A stretch of 43,533 nt of DNA from Chloroflexota bacterium (GCA_023395675.1 JAEWYL010000205.1:1-43533); one strand, 5' to 3'. Positions 24,307 through 33,073 are shown, counted from the stretch's first letter. Numbers and translations: made by a program. The notes: a model not told the origin generated them from the letters alone.

Positions 24307-26040
24307 TCAGGCGAGGGCGGGCTCGGTGATCAGGGTTTCAAACGGGGCCAGCTCCACCCGCTGCGCGTCCCAATCCCCGCTGCGCCCCTCCTCCCGGCTG
24401 GAGAAGAGCAGCTTTCCCAGGCCGCCGTAAGGGCCAAAATCCAGCTCCTGGGGGCTTGCGGACCAGTTTTGCAGCACCAGGCAGGTCTGAGAGGGGCAGC
24501 GGCGGTAAAAGGCCAGGGTTTCCTCCGCCAGGGCGTGCGGCCCCGGAGCCAACTCGTATTCGCCGCTCAGGAGGGCCGGGGTCTGGCGCCGCAGCGCCAG
24601 CATGCGCCGGTAGAAATTCAGGAGCGAGCCCGGATCCTCCTGCTGGGCCAGTACGTTCACCCCACGGGCATATTCCGGGTTGGCGGGCAGCCAGGGCTGC
24701 ACCTCGGGCGGGCAGAAACCCCCGTTCGGGCCGCCGCTCCAGTGTAGCGGCGTACGGCATTTATCCCGCCCGCGCAGGTTGGCGTACTGCAGGGCCTCCT
24801 CATGCGGCGCACGCACCACGTCCATATCCATGTGGTAGGCCCAGATCCCCAGCAGGTCCTTGAACTGGCCCAGCTCCAGGCCGGTGAAATCGGTCATGCC
24901 GATCTCCTCGCCGTTATACAGGAACGGGGTGCCCCGCAGGGTGAGCATCAGGGCCAGGGACAGGCGCGCAATCTCATCCTCGTGAGCGCCGTTTCCGAAG
25001 CGGTTTTTCGTGCGGGAGGAGTCATGGTTGCCCAGGGTGTTGCAGGGCCAGCCCTCGGGCGGGATGCCCGCCAGGCGCGTCTGCTGGTTGGCGCGGATGG
25101 TCTGCGGGGTCAGCCTGGGGACCTTCAGCAGGGGGAAGTTGAATACCATGTGCAGCTCATCCTCGCCGGTCTGCCCGTAGTAGGAGAGGTCCTCCGTCTC
25201 GCCCACCAGGACACGCTCTTCGTATTCATCACAGACGGCCCGGAGCTCTTTCATCACATCGTGAATTTCCGGGCGGTCTATCTGGAGGCCGAAGAGGTCC
25301 ATGAAGGATTTGCTGACCTGCTCCCAATCGTCCGGGCTCTGCGCCCGGCGCTCCAGCAGGTAGAATTCGGCCTGGTTCAGGCGGCTGACGTGATCGTGCA
25401 GGTCCTGGTCCTCAAAGAGGGTGCCGATGGCGTCCAGGCGAAAACCGTCCACGCCCATATCCAGCCAGTAGCGCATCACGCCGTACATCGCTTCCCGCAC
25501 TTCGGGGTTGCGCCAGTTCAGGTCGGGCTGCTGCTTGAAGAAGAAATGGTAGTAGTACTGGCCGGACAGCTCGTCCAGTTCCCAGGCAGAGCCGCCGAAG
25601 GTGGAATACCAGTTATTGGGCGGGCCGCCGTCCTTGCCTTCGCGCCAGATATACCAGTCCCTTTTCGGGCTGTTCCGGCTGGAACGGGATTCGATGAACC
25701 AGGGGTGCTGGTCGGAGGTGTGATTGAGCACCAGATCGAGGATCAGGCGCATCCCGCGCGCGTGCAGGCCGTCCAGAAAGCGGCGGAAATCCTCCAGCGT
25801 GCCGTATTCGGGGGCCACGCCGTAATAATCCGAGATGTCGTAGCCGCAGTCGTACTGGGGGGAGGGATAGTGAGGGGAGAGCCAGATGGCGTCCACGCCC
25901 AGGTCCTTGAGGTAGTCCAGCCGCGAGAGCATGCCGGCGAAATCGCCGATCCCGTCGCCGTTGCCGTCGGCGAAACTGCGCGGGTAGATCTGGTAAAAGA
26001 CCGCCCGCTGCCACCATTTCAAATCTTCCGGTTTATTCAT
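24307..26040 (-). CDS. GH13 alpha-glucosidase / oligo-1,6-glucosidase family (577 aa)
   Basis: GH13 conserved regions are present: DLVLNHTS (I), GFRLDAI (II), LVGETE (III) and LGNHDSSR (IV). The N-terminus is YQIYPRSFADGNGDGIGDF. Confidence 0.9.
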   Translation of the reverse strand: MNKPEDLKWWQRAVFYQIYPRSFADGNGDGIGDFAGMLSRLDYLKDLGVDAIWLSPHYPSPQYDCGYDISDYYGVAPEYGTLEDFRRFLDGLHARGMRLILDLVLNHTSDQHPWFIESRSSRNSPKRDWYIWREGKDGGPPNNWYSTFGGSAWELDELSGQYYYHFFFKQQPDLNWRNPEVREAMYGVMRYWLDMGVDGFRLDAIGTLFEDQDLHDHVSRLNQAEFYLLERRAQSPDDWEQVSKSFMDLFGLQIDRPEIHDVMKELRAVCDEYEERVLVGETEDLSYYGQTGEDELHMVFNFPLLKVPRLTPQTIRANQQTRLAGIPPEGWPCNTLGNHDSSRTKNRFGNGAHEDEIARLSLALMLTLRGTPFLYNGEEIGMTDFTGLELGQFKDLLGIWAYHMDMDVVRAPHEEALQYANLRGRDKCRTPLHWSGGPNGGFCPPEVQPWLPANPEYARGVNVLAQQEDPGSLLNFYRRMLALRRQTPALLSGEYELAPGPHALAEETLAFYRRCPSQTCLVLQNWSASPQELDFGPYGGLGKLLFSSREEGRSGDWDAQRVELAPFETLITEPALA

Positions 26041-26749
26041 GTTTCAAATCTCGCAACCTCTGCTCGACGCCGGCGCGGGAGAAGCCGTGCCGGTTCAGGT
26101 CAGCCTCTGGCAGGCTCAGAAGGCGGAGGAAAAACATTTCCAGCTCCTGGCGGATGGCTTCATCGCCGGGCAGGCTGCCTGCCAGGGAGTTGATCGCCCG
26201 GGCTGCCTTCGCGTAGTCTTCCTTCATCTCGTAGTACTGGTACAGGCTGAAGAGGGTGTCCGGGGGCAGGGCTTCGAGCTCCAGCCTACCGGCCGTGCTC
26301 TCGATCCTCTCGTCCAGAGATTCCGCCTCCAGGGGCAGGAGCACGACCTCCTCTTCATTTTCCGCCGGAGCCGCCGTAAGCGCCGGGGCCGCTTCCGGCC
26401 CGGAAAAAGCGGCCTCCAGGTAGAAGGACAGGGCCCGCAGGGCGGCCGCCTCGCTCTCCGCCCGGCGGCCCTGGCCAGAGAGCAGTTCCGCGTGCAGGCG
26501 GGTCAGGTCAGCCACGGCAAGCAGGCGGTCCAGGTCCAACTCGCCCTCCGGGCTGCGCAGGTGCTCGAGCAGGCTGCCGTCGTCCAGACGGGAGGAGAGG
26601 TCAAAGGGCAATCCGGTGAGGCCCTCGAGCGCCCCTGCGATAGACTGCTCGGCCTCGATATAGCGCCCGCTGGTCTTCAGGCGCAGCGCCTGGGCCAGCA
26701 CCGCCGCCGCCTGGCGCAGCATGCGCAGCACGTAGTCCTGAGAAAACAA
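26033..26749 (-). CDS. hypothetical helical protein, translationally coupled to the GH13 gene (238 aa)
   Basis: The composition looks coding (A/L/E-rich, helical repeats). The 3' end overlaps the GH13 start by 8 nt. I recognise no family. Confidence 0.55.
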   Translation of the reverse strand: MFSQDYVLRMLRQAAAVLAQALRLKTSGRYIEAEQSIAGALEGLTGLPFDLSSRLDDGSLLEHLRSPEGELDLDRLLAVADLTRLHAELLSGQGRRAESEAAALRALSFYLEAAFSGPEAAPALTAAPAENEEEVVLLPLEAESLDERIESTAGRLELEALPPDTLFSLYQYYEMKEDYAKAARAINSLAGSLPGDEAIRQELEMFFLRLLSLPEADLNRHGFSRAGVEQRLRDLKHE

Positions 26750-26818
26750 CAGCTCGCCTCCTGAGGCTCTTCAGCCACTCCTTAGTTGCCCTGCGGCCTG
26801 TTCACAGGCTGACGATTT

Positions 26819-26855
26819 CCGGTGAAATGCGCGGATCAATCGCGCAATTCACCGG
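26819..26855. other. 37-nt inverted repeat (15-nt arms, 14/15 paired)
   Basis: CCGGTGAAATGCGCG-gatcaat-CGCGCAATTCACCGG. It lies between the prolyl oligopeptidase stop (26893) and the start of the hypothetical gene (26749). An adjacent CACCGG-ucuuuu-CCGGUG hairpin (minus-strand RNA) competes for the CCGGTG arm. Confidence 0.5.
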
Positions 26856-26892
26856 AAAAGACCGGTGGTCGAGAAGGCGGCGAAGCTCCCGC

Positions 26893-28980
26893 TCAGACCA
26901 CCGGCTGGCTGTCCCGGATGCCCAGGGCTTCCAGGGTGAAGGCCCAGACGTCCGCCTCCTCTTCGATCAGCAGCCGGGTGGGCTTGCCGAACCCGTGCCC
27001 TGCCCGGGACTGGATGCGGATCAGCAGCGGGTTATCGCAGCCCTGGGCCGCCTGCAGGGCTGCCGCGAACTTGAACGAATGTCCCGGCACCACCCGGTCG
27101 TCGTGGTCGGCGGTGGTGATCAGGGTCGGGGGGTAGCAAACGCCGGGGCGGATATTGTGCAAGGGGGAGTAAGCGTACAGGGTGCGGAAGCCGTCGGGGT
27201 CATCGGCGCAGCCGTAATCGCTGACCCAGCCCCAACCGATGGTAAAGCGGTGGAAGCGGAGCATATCCATCACCCCCACCGCCGGGAGGGCGGCGCCGAA
27301 CAGGTCGGGGCGCTGGGTCATGCAGGCGCCGACCAGCAGGCCCCCGTTCGAACGGCCCTGGATGGCCAGCTTCGGGGAGGAGGTGATCCCCTGCGCGATC
27401 AGCCACTCGGCGCAGGAGATGAAATCGTCGAACACGTTCTGCTTGTTGTGCAGCATCCCGCCCTGGTGCCATTCCTCGCCGTACTCGCCCCCGCCGCGCA
27501 GGCAGGCCACAGCCAGCACGCCGCCCAGCTCAAGCCATGCCAGCCGGCTGATGCTGAAGGTGGGCAGGATGGGAATGTTGAAGCCGCCGTAGCCGTAGAG
27601 CAGGGTCGGGTTCTGGCCGTCCTTCGACAGGTCCGCCTTGTGCACCAGGAACATGGGCACCCGGGTCCCGTCGCTGCTGGTCACGAAGACCTGCTCGGTG
27701 CGGTAGGGGGTGAAATCGAAGTCCATATCCGGCGTCCAGAGCGCTTCGAGGGCCTCGCTCCGGAAATCGAACCGGAAGACGGTGGGCGGGTGGACAAAGG
27801 AGTGGAACAGGAAGAAAAGCTCGTCGTCCTTGCGCTCTCCGGTCAGGCTGAGCACGGCGGTGGCGGCCAGGATCGAGCCGAGCGGCAGGTGGATCTCGCC
27901 CAGGAAACTGCCCGAACGATCATAGCGACGCAGGGCGTGGTGGGCGTCCTGCAGGTATACGGCGATGAACTCAGCGTGCACAATTTTCACCGCTTCGAGC
28001 GTGTCGCTGCTCTCCGGGATGAGAGTCTGCCAGTTTTCGCGCTGCGGCCGGCGGATATCCATGGCGATCAGCCGCCCGCGCGGCGCCTCCAGGCCGGTGC
28101 GGAAGTAGAACAGCGGCCCATCGTTCCCAACGAAAAGATAATCGGCCTCCAGGCTACCGATCAGTTCCACGAACCCGGTCCCCGCCTGCAGGTCCTGGTA
28201 AAAGACACGGTTGCGGATATCCGTGCCCTGGCTCACGAGCAGGATGAGATAGCGCCCCTCGTCGCTGACGAGGGCGTCGAAGCCCCATTCCGGCTGGTCG
28301 GGGCGCTCGTACACCAGGCGGTCCTCGGCCTGCGCGGTCCCGATGCGGTGGAAGAAAAGCTTCTGGTTGAGGTTCACCCCGGTGTAGGCCTCGCCCTCCT
28401 GCGGCTCGTCGAAGCGGGCGTAGAAGAATCCCGAGTTATCGGGCAGCCAGGCCGCGCCGGAGAATTTGCTCCACTGGATGACATCCGGCAGGTCTTCCCC
28501 GGTGCGCACGTCGCGCACGCGCCAGGTGATCCAGTCCGAACCGCTGGCGCTGGCGGCATAGGCCAGCAGGTTCCCGTCCTCGCTCGGCGACCAGGTGGTC
28601 AGGGCCACCGTCCCGTCCTCCGAGAAGGTGTTCGGGTCGAGCAGCAGGCGGGGCTCCTGGTCGAAGCTCTCGAAGGTGTAGAGCACGTCCTGGTTCTGCA
28701 GCCCGGTATTGCGGAACTGGAAGTAGCGCCCGCCCTTCTTGCGCGGCGCAGTGGCCTTGGGATAGTCCCACAGCTCGGTCAGGCGGCGGCGCAGGCGCTC
28801 GCGCTGGGGCAGCGCCTCCAGGTAGCCAAAGGTCAGCCGGTTCTGGGCCTGGATCCAGTCCAGTGTCTGCGCCAAATCAACCTCCTCGAGCCAGCGGTAG
28901 GGGTCGGACACGCGCGTGCCGTGATAATCGTCGGACTGCTCAATGGTGGGGGTGTGCGGGTAAGTGAGCTTCGTCATCAT
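26893..28980 (-). CDS. prolyl oligopeptidase (S9A family), 695 aa
   Basis: The N-terminus DPYRWLEE and beta-propeller region match the family. The catalytic Ser motif is GRSNGGLL, followed by the later TTADHDDRV and RAGHG. Confidence 0.9.
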   Translation of the reverse strand: MMTKLTYPHTPTIEQSDDYHGTRVSDPYRWLEEVDLAQTLDWIQAQNRLTFGYLEALPQRERLRRRLTELWDYPKATAPRKKGGRYFQFRNTGLQNQDVLYTFESFDQEPRLLLDPNTFSEDGTVALTTWSPSEDGNLLAYAASASGSDWITWRVRDVRTGEDLPDVIQWSKFSGAAWLPDNSGFFYARFDEPQEGEAYTGVNLNQKLFFHRIGTAQAEDRLVYERPDQPEWGFDALVSDEGRYLILLVSQGTDIRNRVFYQDLQAGTGFVELIGSLEADYLFVGNDGPLFYFRTGLEAPRGRLIAMDIRRPQRENWQTLIPESSDTLEAVKIVHAEFIAVYLQDAHHALRRYDRSGSFLGEIHLPLGSILAATAVLSLTGERKDDELFFLFHSFVHPPTVFRFDFRSEALEALWTPDMDFDFTPYRTEQVFVTSSDGTRVPMFLVHKADLSKDGQNPTLLYGYGGFNIPILPTFSISRLAWLELGGVLAVACLRGGGEYGEEWHQGGMLHNKQNVFDDFISCAEWLIAQGITSSPKLAIQGRSNGGLLVGACMTQRPDLFGAALPAVGVMDMLRFHRFTIGWGWVSDYGCADDPDGFRTLYAYSPLHNIRPGVCYPPTLITTADHDDRVVPGHSFKFAAALQAAQGCDNPLLIRIQSRAGHGFGKPTRLLIEEEADVWAFTLEALGIRDSQPVV

Positions 28981-29110
28981 AGGGTCCTTGTGTGCATAGT
29001 TTCTGGTTCAACGTGGAAGCCTGCCCCGGGTGCAGGCGCAGGGCGGCTGTCTCATTATACTCCGGGCTTCCGCCTCCAGCCCGGCTGCCCAGAAGGAGGC
29101 GGCCGGCGGG

Positions 29111-29749
29111 TCAGGGACGGGGAGGCGCGCGGAGCTCGGGCGGCAGGAACTCCAGCCAGGAGTCCTGCGGTGCGATGAGCTCCGGCAGGGCGTCGAGGGG
29201 CGCCCAGAAGAGCCGGTAGGTGTGCCAGTCCACCGCCACGTCCCACTCCGCGGGCGTCTCCTGGGCGCTCTCCAGCAGGTAAAAATGGCGCACCCGGCGC
29301 TCCGCTAGCGCGGCATCCGGCACCCAACCGGTGATCTGCATGCTGATGTAGCCCGGGTCGGGCAGCCGGTCCCATTCGGTGTAGCTGACCTGGGTAAAAC
29401 CCGCCTGGGAGCGGCCGGTCAGGGTCACCACGGCCCCGCGAGGTAGATGCGCCCATTCGAAGCTCCCCGCATCCGGCCGGGCGAAGACCCGGGTGCCGGT
29501 CAGGATGGGGCGCCGGTCCTGCGGGAGCGGTTCCTCCCGCCGGCCCAGGCTGCGCAGGATTTTCAGGTCTTCCAGCCCGGTCTCCTCGCGCGCTTCCCGC
29601 AGGCCCGCCGCTTCGGGGCTCTCGCCGGGTTCCACCGTCCCGGCTGGGAGCTGGATCCCGGCGTAGGGGTGGCGGAAAAGCAGCAGCTCGGGACCGGCGG
29701 GGGCGCGGCGGAGGATCAAGGCGGTGACTTTACCCAGCTCTCCCGGCAA
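29111..29749 (-). CDS. NUDIX hydrolase with unassigned C-terminal domain (about 212 aa)
   Basis: The NUDIX box is GTVEPGESPEAAGLREAREETGL. The track ORF runs up to 29893 and overlaps the upstream gene. I prefer TTG 29747-29749, preceded by GGGAGAG that directly follows the upstream TAA (29763-29765). Confidence 0.7.
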   Translation of the reverse strand: MPGELGKVTALILRRAPAGPELLLFRHPYAGIQLPAGTVEPGESPEAAGLREAREETGLEDLKILRSLGRREEPLPQDRRPILTGTRVFARPDAGSFEWAHLPRGAVVTLTGRSQAGFTQVSYTEWDRLPDPGYISMQITGWVPDAALAERRVRHFYLLESAQETPAEWDVAVDWHTYRLFWAPLDALPELIAPQDSWLEFLPPELRAPPRP

Positions 29750-29762
29750 ATGCCACTCTCCC

Positions 29763-30761
29763 TTAACGAGAGCCGTTCGTGCCCGGCCCGGGCTGAAAAA
29801 TCGCCCCTGCCCGGACGCTCTCCACCGGGTAGCTGCCGGCGGCGGTCTCGTCGGAGAGCACGAAGCCGCGGTAGCCGCAGGCCAGGGCTTCATACAGGCA
29901 GCACACTTCGGAGCGGGTTGGCGAGGGCGAGGCGGACATATGCTCCAGGACCTGCCCCGCCAGCAGGACCGGGACGGAGATCGTTTCCAGGCGGGACGAG
30001 ACGGCGTGCACGGCCTCCGCCATCCCCTTCATCCCCAGCTCGGCCCCCAGGTCCCCACGGCAGACCCAGAGCTCGGAGGCGTGCGCGGCGATCTCCTGGG
30101 CCTGCTCCAGCGCCTGGCCGCGCTCCAGCTTGGCGATCAAGTAAGCCGGGCTGAACCAGTCGCGGTAAGCCGACATCTCGGCCGCGTCCTTCACGTAAGA
30201 AATGGCGTAGCGCAGCCCGGGCAGGCCCCGGGTGGCGGCCAGGATCGCCCGGTCTCTCTCGTTCAGGCTCTCCTGGCGGTAGGAGGAGTGGGCGAAGGTG
30301 ATCCCCTTGCGCGGGGAAAGCTCGCCGCCAAGCACCACCCGGGCTCTCACCTCGCCGGCGGCCACGCTCTCCACCTCCAGGCGCACTTTGGCGTCGTTCA
30401 GGCGGATCTCGCCGCTGGAAAGGTGCGCGGCCTCGAAGAAATCTTCATGCGGGACCGGCAGCACCCCGGGCTGGTCTGCTTTTGAGGCCAGCACCAGCCG
30501 GAGCCGGTCGCCGGCAACTGCTTGAAAGGGCAGGAACCCGCCCAGCCGCCACTTGCTCCCCTGCAGGTCCAGCACCAGCGGCAGTTCCGCCTCCAGCCCG
30601 GCGCGGAAAGGTTCCAGCTTCTCCAGCCATTCGTCCAGCCCGGCCGGGGAGAGATGCGATGTGTTCAGACGGAACCCGGTCGCCCCGGCGTCCAGCATGG
30701 CGCTCCAGGTTTCCGGCGCCCGGCTGGCGGGCCCAAGGGTGGGGATGAGTTCGTACTTCAT
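29763..30761 (-). CDS. pyruvate-kinase-like TIM-barrel protein lacking the C-terminal domain (332 aa)
   Basis: PK motifs appear in order: IPTLGPAS, RLNTSHLS, DLQGSKWRLG, IAKLER, VCRGDLGAELG, AGQVLEHM, PTRSEVCCLYEA and VLSDETAAGSYP. The protein ends about 20 aa later, whereas canonical PKs have ~470 aa. Confidence 0.7.
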   Translation of the reverse strand: MKYELIPTLGPASRAPETWSAMLDAGATGFRLNTSHLSPAGLDEWLEKLEPFRAGLEAELPLVLDLQGSKWRLGGFLPFQAVAGDRLRLVLASKADQPGVLPVPHEDFFEAAHLSSGEIRLNDAKVRLEVESVAAGEVRARVVLGGELSPRKGITFAHSSYRQESLNERDRAILAATRGLPGLRYAISYVKDAAEMSAYRDWFSPAYLIAKLERGQALEQAQEIAAHASELWVCRGDLGAELGMKGMAEAVHAVSSRLETISVPVLLAGQVLEHMSASPSPTRSEVCCLYEALACGYRGFVLSDETAAGSYPVESVRAGAIFQPGPGTNGSR

Positions 30762-30842
30762 GTGCGCTCTGGATGCAAACGGGTAGCGGCCTGCGGGCGG
30801 CCTCCTGCAGTGCTTTCTACAGCCGGAGGGTTCGCGGCAGTG

Positions 30843-31511
30843 CTAGATAAACGTGGCGATCTCCTCCAGCGGCTTCTTGGTGATGACCGGCACCTGCGCT
30901 TCATCCGCCGGGTAGCCGGCGACCAGGAGCAGGAAGGGTTTTTCATTCGCCGGGCGGTTCAGGATCTGGTTGAGAAAGCCCATCGGGGAGGGGGTATGGG
31001 TGAGGGTGGCGAGCCCGGCGTGGTGCAGGGCGGAGATGAGCATTCCGGTGGCGATGCCGACCGACTCGACCGCGTAGTAATGCTTGACTCTCTCACCATC
31101 CGGGTCCAGCGCGTAAGTCTGGATAAAGATGGCGATCAGACAGGGGGCGACCTCCAGGTAGGGCTTGTGCTCGTTGGTGCCGAAGGGTTCCAGTGCCTCC
31201 AGCCAATCCTCCGGGGCGCGTCGGGTGTAGAACTCGTGCTCCTCGGCCTCAGCCGCGACCCGGATGCGGCGCTTCACCTCCGGGTCGGTCACGGCCACGA
31301 AGTGCCAGGGCTGCTGGTTCGCCCCGCTGGGGGCCGAGCCCGCGGCCCAGATGCAGGCCTCGATCACCGGTCGCGGTACGGGCCTGGGGGAGTACTGGCG
31401 CACGGTACGGCGCCGTCTCAGCTCGGCGGCAAAGGCCTCGGCCCTTGCCTGCATCTCCTCCGGAGGGTATTCCCGGTAGGTGGAGAGGGGAACATAGGTG
31501 GAATCGTTCAC
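30843..31511 (-). CDS. nitroreductase-superfamily flavoprotein, iodotyrosine deiodinase (IYD)-like (222 aa)
   Basis: It is collinear with animal IYD as I remember it: [50 protein letters not shown]...HKPYLEVAP and [10 protein letters not shown] chose GTG 31509-31511, 7 nt after AAAGGAGG. The longer track ORF would run into repeat copy C. Confidence 0.75.
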   Translation of the reverse strand: MNDSTYVPLSTYREYPPEEMQARAEAFAAELRRRRTVRQYSPRPVPRPVIEACIWAAGSAPSGANQQPWHFVAVTDPEVKRRIRVAAEAEEHEFYTRRAPEDWLEALEPFGTNEHKPYLEVAPCLIAIFIQTYALDPDGERVKHYYAVESVGIATGMLISALHHAGLATLTHTPSPMGFLNQILNRPANEKPFLLLVAGYPADEAQVPVITKKPLEEIATFI

Positions 31512-31578
31512 GGGCCGGCCTCCTTTGCTGGATTCGCTGTGGATCAGAGCCTGACTGGAAAATCGTCTGCAAACCTGT

Positions 31579-31665
31579 AAGCCTATCCGAACAGGGTTCT
31601 GTTGTTGTGATGGGGGCGCAGCCACCATTCTAACAACAGAAAAATTCGTTTTCAGGATAGGTTCT
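31579..31665. repeat. nested-palindrome intergenic repeat, copy C (87 nt)
   Basis: Sequence: aaGCCTATCCgaacagggttctGTTGTTGTGATGGGGGCgcaGCCACCATTCTAACAACAGaaaaattcgttttcaGGATAGGTtct. It has the same length, ends and architecture as copies B and D, with a more divergent core. Confidence 0.7.
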
Positions 31666-31702
31666 GAGGGTCTTTACTTCAATAACCGTATTCTCGGCAT
31701 GC

Positions 31703-32779
31703 TTACAGCGCGGTCTGCGGTTGGGCCACTGCCAGGGCGGTGGCTTCATCCGCCCGGAAAGCCATGCAGTTCACACCCTGCACCACGCCGTCCTTGGGCG
31801 GCACTTCTTCGGCGGAGAAGCGGATCACCTTCCCGAGCCGGGAGACGATCAAGATATCGTCCCCCGCCTCCACCCGGGCCGCGCCCACCAGTTTCTCGGT
31901 GTTCATGGCGTTCTTTCCGCCCGCCCCGGGCGCCTTGTTGGGGTTGAAGCCTTCCATCAGGCGGATGGTGCCCCGCCCGTCGGCCCCGAGCATGAACACC
32001 CCGCTGTCGTCATAGACCGGGGTGATCGCCACCGCCTCATCGCCATCGGAGAGGCGGATGCCCATCCCGCCCGTGGGGGGCACAAGCTTCTCCGAGAAGC
32101 GAATGGCCCGGCCCTGGCGGGTGGCGATGAACAGATCGCCGTCTCTGGGGGTCCAGCAGGCCGAGGCGAGCGGGCCGAAGGTTTTTTCGTCGTACAGCAC
32201 CGCCCCGGCTTTCATATATTCCCCGAAAATGTGGTGGCGCAGCAGGCGCACCATGCCTTTACGGCTCACCATGGCGATATAGCCCTGGGCCTGCACCGGC
32301 AGGATGGCGGCCAGCCTCTCCCCCTGGTTCAGGCTCAGCCTGGAGGTGACCGGGCCGCCCCGCCCGTTGACCTCCCCCTCCGGCACCTGGCCGAGCGGCA
32401 GGCGGAAGGCGCGGGCCTGGTCGGTGATCAATAACAGCGTCTGGCCTTCGTCCGCCAGAGAGAGGATCTGCGGGACCTCGTCTTTGCCCAGCTCCATACC
32501 GAACACCCCCATACCCCCGCGGTGCTGGCGGGTGTACAGGTGCCGGTAGGTGCGCTTGGCAAGTCCGGAGGTCGTGGCGGTGATGACCTGAATGGTGGTG
32601 GGGGGTTCGGAGGGTTCCAGCGGGGGCAGGCTGGCTTCGTCGAATACTTCTGCGGCTTCACGTTTTGGCTTCGCGCGGGCGCCTTTTTCTCGAAGGCGTT
32701 CGATTTCGCCCTCTAACGCTTCAATATATGCCCGGATCTCTGGGGCTGCCTGGCTCAAGTCGGGGCGCTGCAGTTCCAT
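31703..32779 (-). CDS. stand-alone GyrA/ParC C-terminal beta-pinwheel domain protein with N-terminal coiled coil (358 aa)
   Basis: Repeated blade pattern: G.aKRt....y..Q.RGG.G; LLLITDQARAFRL; YIAMVSRKGMVRL; LFIATRQGRAIRF; ILIVSRLGKVIRF. It includes a GyrA-box-like QHRGGMG. No N-terminal breakage-reunion domain is present. Confidence 0.75.
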   Translation of the reverse strand: MELQRPDLSQAAPEIRAYIEALEGEIERLREKGARAKPKREAAEVFDEASLPPLEPSEPPTTIQVITATTSGLAKRTYRHLYTRQHRGGMGVFGMELGKDEVPQILSLADEGQTLLLITDQARAFRLPLGQVPEGEVNGRGGPVTSRLSLNQGERLAAILPVQAQGYIAMVSRKGMVRLLRHHIFGEYMKAGAVLYDEKTFGPLASACWTPRDGDLFIATRQGRAIRFSEKLVPPTGGMGIRLSDGDEAVAITPVYDDSGVFMLGADGRGTIRLMEGFNPNKAPGAGGKNAMNTEKLVGAARVEAGDDILIVSRLGKVIRFSAEEVPPKDGVVQGVNCMAFRADEATALAVAQPQTAL

Positions 32780-32812
32780 TCTTTTCCCTCTGGTTGGATT
32801 TTGGCTCAGGCG

Positions 32813-33073
32813 CTACGGTTTGTAATGTCCCACCGGCCGGACGCAGGGGCGGGAGAAGACCTCGGCCCCGTGGGGCGCTTCCCGCAGCTCTGCGGTCAGG
32901 TCCAGGCCCGGGAAATGGAGCCCTTCGTGCATCCCGAGGCGCCATTTTGGACAGTCGGAGACATCATACACCACCCCCTGGTAGGCCACGTAGAGCGGCC
33001 CGTCCTCATCCGCATAGCGGCGCAGCTCGATCTCCGTGAAAAACCGGTCGGGAATCTCCGAAGCGCTGAGCAT
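32813..33073 (-). CDS. cytochrome b5-like heme/steroid-binding domain protein, COG4892-like (86 aa)
   Basis: The pattern is FTEIELRRY...LYVAYQGVVYDVSDCPKWRLGMHEG...LTAELREAPHGAEV. It matches the small predicted heme/steroid-binding family. Confidence 0.7.
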   Translation of the reverse strand: MLSASEIPDRFFTEIELRRYADEDGPLYVAYQGVVYDVSDCPKWRLGMHEGLHFPGLDLTAELREAPHGAEVFSRPCVRPVGHYKP

